Assembly: GCF_963921235.1 (NCBI RefSeq)
Contig: NC_086108.1
Location: forward strand, 116,128,001-116,192,000
Length of the DNA: 64,000 nt
Source: Mobula hypostoma
Taxonomy: Eukaryota
Direction of reading: 5' to 3'
The position numbers and the translations under genes are program-made. Below the pieces are notes generated by a model, which saw only the letters and a list, made by a program, of their open reading frames with translations, was not told where the DNA came from and ran no database searches. Of this stretch, positions 1-12,000 are shown piece by piece (position 1 is the stretch's first letter; every line of letters begins with the position of its first letter).

Positions 1-3000
1 GTGTGTACGAGAGTGAGGATGAGTTTGTGGGGTGTATACGAGAGTGAGTGTGAGTGTGTGGGGTGTATACGAGAGTGAGAGAGTGTGTGTCGGGTGTGTA
101 TGAGAGAGAGGGTGAGTGTGCGTGGTGTGTTTGAGAGGGTGAGTGTGTGGACTGTGTACGAGAGAGAGAGTGTGTGTGTCGGGTGTGTATGAGCGAGAGG
201 GTGAATGTGTGAGATGCGGACGAGTAAGAGAGTGAGTGTGTTGGGTGTGTATGAGAGAGGGTGAGTGTGAGGACTGTGAATGAGAGAGAGGGTGAGTGTG
301 TGGGGTGTGTACGAGAGAGAGAGAGTGAATGTGTGGGGTGTGTATGAGAGAGAGGGTGAGTGTGTGGGGTGTGTATGAGAGAGAGGGTGAGTGTGTACGT
401 TGTGTACGAGAGAGAGGGTGAGTGTGTGGTGTGTGTATGAGAGAGAGTAAGTGTGTGGGGTGTGTATGAGAGGGGGTGAGTGTGCGGTCTGTGTTCGAGA
501 GTGAGTGAGTGTGCGGTGTGTGTTTCAGAGAGAGGGTGAGTGTGCGGTGTGTTTACGAGAGAGAGGGTGAGTGTGTGAGGTTTGTACGAGAGAGGGTGAG
601 TGTGTGGGGAGTGTACGAGAGAGAGGGTGAGCGTGCGTGGTGTATATCAGAGAGAGGGTGAGTGTGTGAGATGTGTATGAGAGAGAGGTGTGTGTGTACG
701 TTGTGTTTGAGAGAGAGGGTGAGTGTGTGGGCTGTGTACTACAGAGAGGGTGAGTGTGTTGTGTCTGTATCAGAGAGAGGATGAGTGTGTCCGGTGAGTA
801 TCAACCAGAGGATGAGTGTGTCCGGTGAGTATCAACCAGAGGGTGAGTGTGTCCGGTGAGTATCAACCAGAGGGTGAGTGTGTGGGGTGTGTACGAGAGA
901 GAGGATGAGTGTGTGGGGTGTGTATGAGAGAGAGGATGAGTGTGTGGGGTGTGTATGAGCGAGGGGGTGAGTATGTGGGCAGTGTACCAGAGAGAGAGTG
1001 AGTGTGTAGGGTGTGTACGAGAGTGAGGATGAGTTTGTGGGGTGTATACGAGAGTGAGTGTGAGTGTGTGGGGTGTGTACGAGAGTGAGAGTGTGTGTGT
1101 CGGGTGTGTATGAGAGAGAGGGTGAGTGTGCGTGGTGTGTTTGAGAGGGTGAGTGTGTGGGCTGTGTACGGGAGAGAGAGTGTGTGTGTCGGGTGTGTAT
1201 GAGCGAGAGGGTGAGTGTGTGAGATGCGGACGAGTAAGAGAGTGAGTGTGTTGGGTGTGTATGAGAGAGGGTGAGTGTGAGGAGTGTGAATGAGAGAGAG
1301 GGTGAGTGTGTGGGGTGTGCACGAGAGAGAGAGAGTGAATGTGTGGGGTGTGTATGAGAGAGAGGGTGAGTGTGTGGGGTGTGTATGAGAGAGAGGGTGA
1401 GTGTGTGGGTTGTGTACGAGAGAGAGGGTGAGTGTGTGGTGTGTGTATGAGAGAGAGTAAGTGTGTGGGGTGTGTATGAGAGGGGGTGAGTGTGCGGTCT
1501 GTGTTCGAGAGAGAGTGAGTGTGCGGTGTGTGTTTGAGAGAGAGGGTGAGTGTGCGGTGTGTTTACGAGAGAGAGGGTGAGTGTGTGAGGTTTGTACGAG
1601 AGAGGGTGAGTGTGTGGGGTGTGTACGAGAGAGAGGGTGAGCGTGCGTGGTGTATATCAGAGAGAGGGTGAGTGTGTGAGATGTGTATGAGAGAGAGGGT
1701 GTGTGTACGTTGTGTTTGAGAGAGAGGGTGAGTGTGTGGGCTGTGTACTACAGAGAGGGTGAGTGTGTTGTGTCTGTATCAGAGAGAGGATGAGTGTGTC
1801 CGGTGAGTATCAACCAGAGGATGAGTGTGTCCGGTGAGTATCAACCAGAGGGTGAGTGTGTCCGGTGAGTATCAACCAGAGGGTGAGTGTATGGGGTGTG
1901 TACGAGAGAGAGGATGAGTGTGTGGGGTGTGTATGAGAGAGAGGATGAGTGTATGGGGTGTGTACGAGAGAGAGGGTGTGTGGTGTGTGTACGAGAGAGA
2001 GGGTGAGTGTGTGGGGTGTGTATGATTTAGAGTGAGTGTGTAGTGTGTGTATGAGAGAGGGTGAGTGTGTAGGGTGTGCACGAGAGAGAGGGTGACTGTG
2101 TGCGGAGTGAATGACAGGAGAGGGTGGGTGTGTGGTGTTTGTACGAGAGTGGGTGAGTGTGCGGTGTCTGTACGACAGAGAGGGTGAATGTGTGCGTTGT
2201 GTACGAGAGAGAGTATGACTGTGTGGTGTGTACAAGAGAGTGGATGAATGTGTCGGGTGTGTACGAGAGTGAGTGTTAGTGTGTGGGGTGTGTACGTGAG
2301 TGAGTGTGTGTATGTGGGGTGTGTTTGAGAGAGAGGGTGAGTGTGCGGTGTGTTTACGAGAGAGAGGGTGAGTGTGTGGGCTGTGTACTACAGAGAGGGT
2401 GAGTGTGTTGTGTCTGTATCAGAGAGAGGATGAGTGTGTCCGGTGAGTATCAACCAGAGGGTGAGTGTGTCCGGTGAGTATCAACCAGAGGGTGAGTGTG
2501 TGGGGTGTGTACGAGAGAGAGGATGAGTGTGTGGGGTGTGTATGAGAGAGAGGATGAGTGTGTGGGGTGTGTATGAGCGAGGGGGTGAGTATGTGGGCAG
2601 TGTACCAGAGAGAGAGTGAGTGTGTAGGGTGTGTACGAGAGTGAGGATGAATTTGTGGGGTGTATACGAGAGTGAGTGTGAGTGTGTGGGGTGTGTACGA
2701 GTAAGAGAGTGAGTGTGTGTGGTGTGTATGAGAGAGAGGGTGAGAGTGTGGGGTGTGTATGAGAGAGAGGGTGAGTGTGTGGGCTGTGTACGAGAGAGAG
2801 AGTGTGTGTGTCGGGTGTGTATGAGCGAGAGGGTGAGTGTGTGGGCTGTGTACGAGTAAGCGAGTGAGTGTGTTGGGTGTGTATGAGAGAGCGGGTGAGT
2901 GTGCGTGGTGTGTTTGAGAGAGAGGGTGAGTGTGTGGGGTGTGTACAAGAGAGAGGATGAGTGTGTGGGGTGTGTATGAGAGAGGGTGAGTGTGAGGAGT

Positions 3001-6000
3001 GTGTATGAGAGAGAGGGTGAGTGTGTGGGTGTGCACGAGAGAGAGAGTGAATGTGTGGGGTGTGTATGAGAGAGAGGGTGAGTGTGTGGGGTGTGTATGA
3101 GAGAGAGGGTGAGTGTGTACGTTGTGTACGAGAGAGAGGGTGAGTGTGTGGTGTGTGTATGAGAGAGAGTAAGTGTGTGGGGTGTGTATGAGAGGGGGTG
3201 AGTGTGCGGTCTGTGTTCGAGAGAGAGTGAGTGTGCGGTGTGTGTTTGAGAGAGAGGGTGAGTGTGTGGTGTGTTTACGAGAGAGAGGGTGAGTGTGTGG
3301 GGTGTGTACGAGAGAGGGTGAGTGTGTGGGGTGTGTACGAGAGAGAGGGTGAGTGTGCGGGGTGTGTATGAGAGAGAGGGTGAGTGTGTGAGATGTGTAT
3401 GAGAGAGAGGGTGTGTGTGTACGTTGTGTTTGAGAGAGAGGGTGAGTGTGTGGGCTGTGTACTACAGAGAGGGTGAGTGTGTTGTGTCTGTATCAGAGAG
3501 AGGATGAGTATGTCGTGTGTGTATCAGCCAGAGGGTGAGTGTGTCCGGTGAGTATCAACCAGAGGGTGAGTGTGTGGGGTGTGTATGAGAGAGAGGGTGA
3601 GTGTGTACGTTGTGTACGAGAGAGAGGGTGAGTGTGTGGTGTGTGTATGAGAGAGAGTAAGTGTGTGGGGTGTGTATGAGAGAGGGTGAGTGTGCGGTCT
3701 GTGTTCGAGAGAGAAGGTGAGTGTGCGGTGTGTGTTTGAGAGAGAGGGTGAGTGTGCGGTGTGTTTACGAGAGAGAGGGTGAGTGTGTGAGGTTTGTACG
3801 AGAGAGGGTGAGTGTGTGGGGTGTGTACGAGAGAGAGGGTGAGCGTGCGTGGTGTATATCAGAGAGAGGGTGAGTGTGTGAGATGTGTATGAGAGAGAGG
3901 GTGTGTGTACGTTGTGTTTGAGAGAGAGGGTGAGTGTGTGGGCTGTGTACTACAGAGAGGGTGAGTGTGTTGTGTCTGTATCAGAGAGAGGATGAGTGTG
4001 TCCGGTGAGTATCAACCAGAGGGTGAGTGTGTCCGGTGAGTATCAACCAGAGGGTGAGTGTGTGGGGTGTGTATGAGAGAGAGGGTGAGTGTGTGGGGTG
4101 TGTACGAGAGAGAGGGTGAGTGTGTGGGGTGTGTATGAGAGAGAGGATGAGTGTGTGGGGTGTGTATGAGCGAGGGGGTGAGTATGTGGGCAGTGTACCA
4201 GAGAGAGAGTGAGTGTGTAGGGTGTGTACGAGAGTGAGGATGAGTTTGTGGGGTGTATACGAGAGTGAGTGTGAGTGTGTGGGGTGTGTACGAGAGTGAG
4301 AGTGTGTGTGTCGGGTGTGTATGAGAGAGAGGGTGAGTGTGCGTGGTGTGTTTGAGAGGGTGAGTGTGTGGGCTGTGTACGGGAGAGAGAGTGTGTGTGT
4401 CGGGTGTGTATGAGCGAGAGGGTGAGTGTGTGAGATGCGGACGAGTAAGTGAGTGAGTGTGTTGGGTGTGTATGAGAGAGCGGGTGAGTGTGCGTGGTGT
4501 GTTTGAGAGAGAGGGTGAGTGTGTGGTGTGTGTACAAGAGAGAGGATGAGTGTGTGGGGTGTGTATGAGAGAGGGTGAGTGTGAGGAGTGTGAATGAGAG
4601 AGAGGGTGAGTGTGTGGGTGTGCATGAGAGAGAGAGAGTGAATGTGTGGGGTGTGTATGAGAGAGAGGGTGAGTGTGTGGGGTGTGTATGAGAGAGAGGG
4701 TGAGTGTGTATGTTGTGTACGAGAGAGAGGGTGAGTGTGTGGTGTGTGTACGAGAGAGAGGGTGAGTGTGTGGGGTTTGTACGAGAGAGGGTGAGTGTGT
4801 GGGGTGTGTACGAGAGAGAGGGTGAGCGTGCATGGTGTATATCAGAGAGAGGGTGAGTGTGTGAGGTGTGTATGAGAGAGAGGGTGTGTGTACGTTGTGT
4901 TTGAGAGAGAGGGTGAGTGTGTGGGCTGTGTACTACAGAGAGGGTGAGTGTGTTGTGTCTGTATCAGAGAGAGGATGAGTGTGTCCGGTGAGTATCAACC
5001 AGAGGATGAGTGTGTCCGGTGAGTATCAACCAGAGGGTGAGTGTGTCCGGTGAGTATCAACCAGAGGGTGAGTGTATGGGGTGTGTACGAGAGAGAGGAT
5101 GAGTGTGTGGGGTGTGTATGAGAGAGAGGATGAGTGTATGGGGTGTGTACGAGAGAGAGGGTGTGTGGTGTGTGTACGAGAGAGAGGGTGAGTGTGTGGG
5201 GTGTGTATGATTTAGAGTGAGTGTGTAGTGTGTGTATGAGAGAGGGTGAGTGTGTAGGGTGTGCACGAGAGAGAGGGTGACTGTGTGCGGAGTGAATGAC
5301 AGGAGAGGGTGGGTGTGTGGTGTTTGTACGAGAGTGGGTGAGTGTGCGGTGTCTGTACGACAGAGAGGGTGAATGTGTGCGTTGTGTACGAGAGAGAGTA
5401 TGACTGTGTGGTGTGTACAAGAGAGTGGATGAATGTGTCGGGTGTGTACGAGAGTGAGTGTTAGTGTGTGGGGTGTGTACGAGAGTGAGTGTGTGTGTGT
5501 GTGGGGTGTGTATGAGAGAGAGGGTGAGTGTGCGGTGTGTTTACGAGAGAGAGGGTGAGTGTGTGGGCTGTGTACTACAGAGAGGGTGAGTGTGTTGTGT
5601 CTGTATCAGAGAGAGGATGAGTGTGTCCGGTGAGTATCATCGAGAGGGTGAGTGTGTCGGGTGTGTATCAAAGAGAGGGTGAGTGTGTGGGGTGTGTACG
5701 AGAGAGAGGATGAGTGTGTGGGGTGTGTATGAGAGAGAGGATGAGTGTGTGGGGTGTGTATGAGCGAGGGGGTGAGTATGTGGGCATTGTACCAGAGAGA
5801 GAGTGAGTGTGTAGGGTGTGTACGAGAGTGAGGATGAATTTGTGGGGTGTATACGAGAGTGAGTGTGAGTGTGTGGGGTGTGTACGAGAGTGAGAGTGTG
5901 TGTGTCGGGTGTGTATGAGAGAGAGGGTGAGTGTGCGTGGTGTGTTTGAGAGGGTGAGTGTGTGGGCTGTGTACGAGAGAGAGAGTGTGTGTGTCGGGTG

Positions 6001-9000
6001 TGTATGAGCGAGAGGGTGAGTGTGTGAGATGCGGACGAGTAAGCGAGTGAGTGTGTTGGGTGTGTTTGAGAGAGAGGGTGAGTGTGTGGGGTGTGTACAA
6101 GAGAGAGGATGAGTGTGTGGGGTGTGTATGAGAGAGGGTGAGTGTGAGGAGTGTGAATGAGAGAGAGGGTGAGTGTGTGGGTGTGCACGAGCGAGAGAGA
6201 GTGAATGTGTGGGGTGTGTATGAGAGAGAGGGTGAGTGTGTGGGGTGTGTATGAGAGAGAGGGTGAGTGTGTACGTTGTGTACGAGAGAGAGGGTGAGTG
6301 TGTGGTGTGTGTATGAGAGAGAGTAAGTGTGTGGAGTGTGTACGAGAGAGTGTGTGTGTGTGGGGTGTGCATGAGAGAGGGTGAGTGTCAGGTGTGTGTA
6401 TGAGAGAGAGGGTGAGTGTGTGGTGTGTGTACGAGAGAGAGGGTGAGTGTGTGGGGTGTGTACGAGAGAGGGTGAGTGTGTGGGGTGTGTACGAGAGAGA
6501 GGGTGAGTGTGTGAGGTGTGTATCAGAGAGAGGGTGAGTGTGTGGGGTGTGTACGAGAGAGAGGGTGTGTGTGTAGGGTGTGTTTGAGAGAGAGGGTGAG
6601 TGTGTGGGCTGTGTAGTAGAGAGAGGGTGAGTGTGTTGTGTCTGTATCAGAGAGAGGATGAGTATGTCCGGTGAGTATCAGAGAGAGGTTGAGTGTGTGC
6701 GGTGTGTATCAGAGAGAGGGTGAGTGTGTGGGGTGTGTACGAGAGAGAGGGTGAGTGTGTGGGGTGTGTACGAGAGAGAGGGTGAGTGTGTGGGGTGTGT
6801 ACGAGAGAGAGGGTGAGTGTGTGGGGTGTGTACGAGAGAGAGGATGAGTGTGCGTGGTGTGTATCAGAGAGAGGGTGAGTGTGAGGGGTGTGTATGAGAG
6901 ATAAGGTGAGTGTGTGGTTGTGTATGAGAGAGAGGGTGAGTGTGTGTGGTGTGTATGAGAGAGAGGGTGAGTGTGTGGGGTGTGTATGAGAGAGAGGGTG
7001 AGTGTGTGGGCTGTGTATGAGAGAGAGGGTGAGTGTGTGGGGTGTGTATGAGAGAGAGGGTGAGTGTGTGGGGTGTGTACGAGAGAGAGGGTGAGTGTGT
7101 GGGGTGTGTATGAGAGAGAGGGTGAGTGTGTGGGGTGTGTATGAGAGAGAGGGTGAGTGTGTGGGGTGTGTAGTAGAGAGAGGGTGAGTGTGTTGTGTCT
7201 GTATCAGAGAGAGGATGAGTGTGTCGTGTGTGTATCAGCCAGAGGGTGAGTGTGTGGTGTGTGTATGAGAGAGGGTGAGTGTGTGGGGTGTGTATGAGAG
7301 AGAGGGTGAGTGTGTGGGTTGTGTACGAGAGAGAGTGAGTGTGTGGTGTGTGTATGAGAGAGAGTAAGTGTGTGGGGTGTGTATGAGAGGGGTGAGTGGG
7401 CGGTCTGTGTTCGAGAGAGGGTGAGTGTGCGGTGTGTGTTTGAGAGAGAGGGTGAGTGTGCGGTGTGTTTACGAGAGAGAGGGTGAGTGTGTGGGGTTTG
7501 TACGAGAGAGGGTGAGTGTGTGGGGTGTGTACGAGAGAGAGGGTGAGTGTGTGGGGTGTGTACTAGAGAGAGGGTGAGTGTGTGAGATGTGTATGAGAGA
7601 GAGGGTGTGTGTGTGGGGTGTGTTTGAGAGAGAGGGTGAGTGTGTGGGCTGTGTACTAGAGAGAGGGTGAGTGTGTTGTGTGTGTATCAGAGAGAGGATG
7701 AGTGTGTGGGGTGTGTATCAGAGAGAGGGTGAGTGTGTGGTGTGTGTATGAGAGAGGGTGAGTGTGAGGAGTGTGAATGAGAGAGAGGGTGAGTGTGTGG
7801 GTTGTGCACGAGAGAGAGGGTGAGTGTGTGGTGTGTGTATGAGAGAGAGTAAGTGTGTGGGGTGTGTATGAGAGGGGTGAGTGTGCGGTCTGTGTTCGAG
7901 AGAGAAGGTGAGTGTGCTGTGTGTATGAGAGAGAGGGTGAGTGTGTGGGGTGTGTACGAGAGAGAGGATGAATGTGTGGGGTGTGTACGAGAGAGGGTGA
8001 GTGTGTGGGGTGTGTACGAGAGAGAGGGTGAGTGTGTGGGGTGTGTATGAGAGAGAGGGTGAGTGTGTGGGTGTGTGTACGAGAGAGAGGGTGAGTGTGT
8101 GGGGTGTGTATGAGAGAGAGGGTGAGTGTGTGGGCTGTGTACTAGAGAGAGGGTGAGTGTGTTTTGTGTGTATCAGAGAGAGGATGAGTGTGTGGGGTGT
8201 GTATCAAGAGACGGTGAGTCTGTAGGGTGTGTATCAGAGAGAGGGTGAGTGTGTGGGGTGTGTATCAGAGAGAGGGTGAGTGTGTGGGGTGTGTACGAGA
8301 GAGAGGGTGAGTGTGTGGGGTGTGTATGAGAGAGAGGGTGAGTGTGTGGGGTGTGTATGAGCGAGAGGGTGAGTATGTGGGCAGTGTACCAGAGAGAGGG
8401 TGAGTGTGTGGGGTGTGTACGAGAGAGAGGATGAGTGTGTGGGGTGTGTACGAGAGAGAGGGTGAGTGTGTGGGGTGTGTACGAGAGAGAGGGTGAGTGT
8501 GTGGGGTGTGTATGAGAGAGAGGGTGAGTGTGTGGGGTGTGTATGAGAGAGAGGGTGAGTGTGTGGGGTGTGTACGAGAGAGAGGGTGAGTGTGTGGGGT
8601 GTGTATGAGAGAGAGGGTGAGTGTGTGGGGTGTGTACGAGAGAGGGTGAGTGTGTTGGGTGTGTATGAGAGAGAGGGTGAGTGTGTGTGGGGTGTGTATG
8701 AGAGAGGGTGAGTGTGTGGGGTGTGTACAAGAGAGAGGGTGAGTGTGTGGGGTGTGTATGAGAGAGGGTGAGTGTGTGGGGTGTGTATGAGAGAGAGGGT
8801 GAGTGTGTGGGGTGTGTATGAGAGAGAGAGAGTGAATGTGTGGGGTGTGTATGAGAGAGAGGGTGAGTGTGTGGGGTGTGTATGAGAGAGAGGGTGAGTG
8901 TGTGGGGTGTGTACGAGAGAGAGGGTGAGTGTGTGGGGTGTGTATGAGAGAGAGGTGAGTGTGTGGGGTGTGTATGAGAGAGGGTGAGTGTGTGGTGTGT

Positions 9001-12000
9001 GCACGAGAGAGAGGGTGAGTGTGTGGTGTGTGTATGAGAGAGAGGGTGAGTGTGCGGTGTGTGTACGAGAGAGAGGGTGAGTGTGTGGGGTGTGTACGAG
9101 AGAGGGTGAGTGTGTGGGGAGTGTACGAGAGAGAGGGTGAGTGTGCGTGGTGTGTATGAGAGAGAGGGTGAGTGTGTGGGGTGTGTACGAGAGAGAGGGT
9201 GTGTGTGTATGTTGTGTTTGAGAGAGAGGGTGAGTGTGTGGGCTGTGTACTACAGAGAGGGTGAGTGTGTTGTGTCTGTATCAGAGAGAGGATGAGTATG
9301 TCGTGTGTGTATCAGCCAGAGGGTGAGTGTGTGGTGTGTATCAACCAGAGGGTGAGTGTGTGGGGTGTGTACGAGAGAGAGGGTGAGTGTGTGGGGTGTG
9401 TATGAGAGAGAGGGTGAGTGTGTGGGTGTGTATGAGAGAGAGGGTGAGTGTGTGATGTGTGTACGAGAGAGAGGGTGAGTGTGTGGGGTGTGTACGAGAG
9501 AGAGGATGAGTGTGTGGGGTGTGTATGAGAGAGAGGGTGAGTGTGTGGGGTGTGTACGAGAGAGAGGGTGAGTGTGTGGGGTGTGTATGAGAGAGAGGGT
9601 GAGTGTGTGGGGTGTGTATGAGAGAGAGGGTGAGTGTGTGGGGTGTGTACGAGAGAGAGGGTGAGTGTGTGGGGTGTGTATGAGAGAGAGGGTGAGTGTG
9701 TGGGGTGTGTACGAGAGAGAGGGTGAGTGTGTGGGTGTGTATGAGAGAGAGGGTGAGTGTGTGGGGTGTGTACAAGAGAGAGGGTGAGTGTGTGGGGTGT
9801 GTATGAGAGAGGGTGAGTGTGTGGGGTGTGTATGAGAGAGAGGGTGAGTGTGTGGGGTGTGTACGAGAGAGAGGGTGAGTGTGTGGGGTGTGTATGAGAG
9901 AGAGGGTGAGTGTGTGGGGTGTGTATGAGAGAGAGGGTGAGTGTGTGGGGAGTGTACGAGAGAGATGGTGAATGTGTGGGCTGTGTATGAGAGACGGTGA
10001 GTGTATGGGTTGTGTATGAGAGAGGGTGAGTGTGTGGGGTGTGTACGAGAGAGAGTGAGTGTGTGGGGTGTGTATGAGAGAGAGGGTGAGTGTGTGGTGT
10101 GTGTACGAGAGAGAGGGTGAGTGTGTGGGGTGTGTACGAGAGAGAGGGTGAGTGTGTGCTGTGTGTATGAGAGAGAGGGTGAGTGTGTGGGGTGTGTATG
10201 ATTGAGAGGGTGAGTGTGTGGGTGTGTATGAGAGAGAGGGTGAGTGTGTGTGGGGTGTGTATGAGAGAGAGGGTGAGTGTGTGGGGTGTGTACGAGAGAG
10301 AGGATGAGTGTGGGGTGTATACAAGAGAGATGATGAGTGTGTGTGGTGTGTACGAGAGAGAGGATGAGTGTGTGGGGTGTGTATGAGAGAGAGGGTGAGT
10401 GTGTGGGGTGTGTATGAGAGAGAAGGTGAGTGTGTGTGTTGTGTATGAGAGAGAGGGTGAGTGTGTGGGGTGTGTATGAGAGAGAGGGTGAGTGTGTGGG
10501 GTGTGTATGAGAGAGAGGGTGAGTGTGTGGGGTGTGTATGAGAGAGAGGGTGAGTGTGTGGGGTGTGTATGAGAGAGAGGGTGAGTGTGTGGGGTGTGTA
10601 CGAGAGAGAGGGTGAGTGTGTGGGGTGTGTATGAGAGAGAGGGTGAGTGTGTGGGGTGTGTATGAGAGAGAGGGTGAGTGTGTGGGGTGTGTACGAGAGA
10701 GAGGGTGAGTGTGTTGTGTGTGTATCAGAGAGAGGATGAGTGTGTCGGGTGTGTATCAGAGAGAGGGTGAGTGTGTGGTGTGTGTACAAGAGAGAGGGTG
10801 AGTGTGTGGGGTGTGTATGAGAGAGAGGGTGAGTGTGTGGTGTGTGTACAAGAAACTGGGTAGGTGTGTGGTGTGTGTATGAGACAGGGTGAGTGTATGG
10901 GTTGTGTATGAGAGTGGGTGAGTGTGTGGTCTGTGTACGAGAGAGGTTGAGTGTGTGGTGTGTGTATGAGAGAGAGGGTGAGTGTGTGGGGTGTGTACGA
11001 GAGAGAGGGTGAGTGTGTGGGGTGTGTACGAGAGAGGGTGAGTGTGTGGGGTGTGTACGAGAGAGAGGGTGAGTGTGTGGGGTGTGTATGAGAGAGAGGG
11101 TGAGTGTGTAGGGTGTGTTTGAGAGAGAGGGTGATGTGTGAGTTGTGTATCAGAGAGAGGGTGAGTGTGTGGGCTGTGTAGTAGAGAGAGGGTGAGTGTG
11201 TTGTGTCTGTATCAGAGAGAGGATGAGTATGTCGTGTGTGTATCAGAGAGAGGGTGAGTGTGTGGTGTGTGTATGAGAGAGAGGGTGAGTGTGTGGGGTG
11301 TGTATGAGAGAGAGGGTGAGTGTGTGGGGTGTGTACGAGAGAGAGGGTGAGTGTGTGGTGTGTGTATGAGAGAGAGAGTGAGTGTGTGGGGTGTGTATGA
11401 GAGGGGTGAGTGGGCGGTCTGTGTTCGAGAGAGGGTGAGTGTGCGGTGTGTGTATGAGAGAGAGGGTGAGTGTGTGGTGTGTGTATGAGAGAGAGGGTGA
11501 GTGTGTGGGGTGTGTACGAGAGAGGGTGAGTGTGTGGGGTGTGTACGAGAGAGAGGGTGAGTGTGTGGGGTGTGTATCAGAGAGAGGGTGAGTGTGTGGG
11601 GTGTGTATGAGAGAGAGGGTGTGTGTGTGGGGTGTGTATGAGAGAGAGGGTGAGTGTGTGGGCTGTGTACTAGAGAGAGGTTGAGTGTGTTTTGTGTGTA
11701 TCAGAGAGAGGATGAGTGTGCGTGGTGTGTATCAGAGAGGGTGAGTGTGTGGGTGTGTATGAGAGAGGGTGAGTGTGTGGGGTGTGTACGAGAGAGAGGG
11801 TGAGTGTGTGGGGTGTGTACGAGAGAGAGGGTGAGTGTGTGGGGTGTGTATGAGAGAGAGGGTGAGTGTGTGGGGTGTGTATGAGAGAGAGGGTGAGTGT
11901 GTGGGGTGTGTACCAGAGAGAGGGTGAGTGTGTAGGGTGTGTACGAGAGTGAGGATGAGTGTGTGGGGTGTGTACGAGAGTGAGTGTGAGTGTGTGGGGT

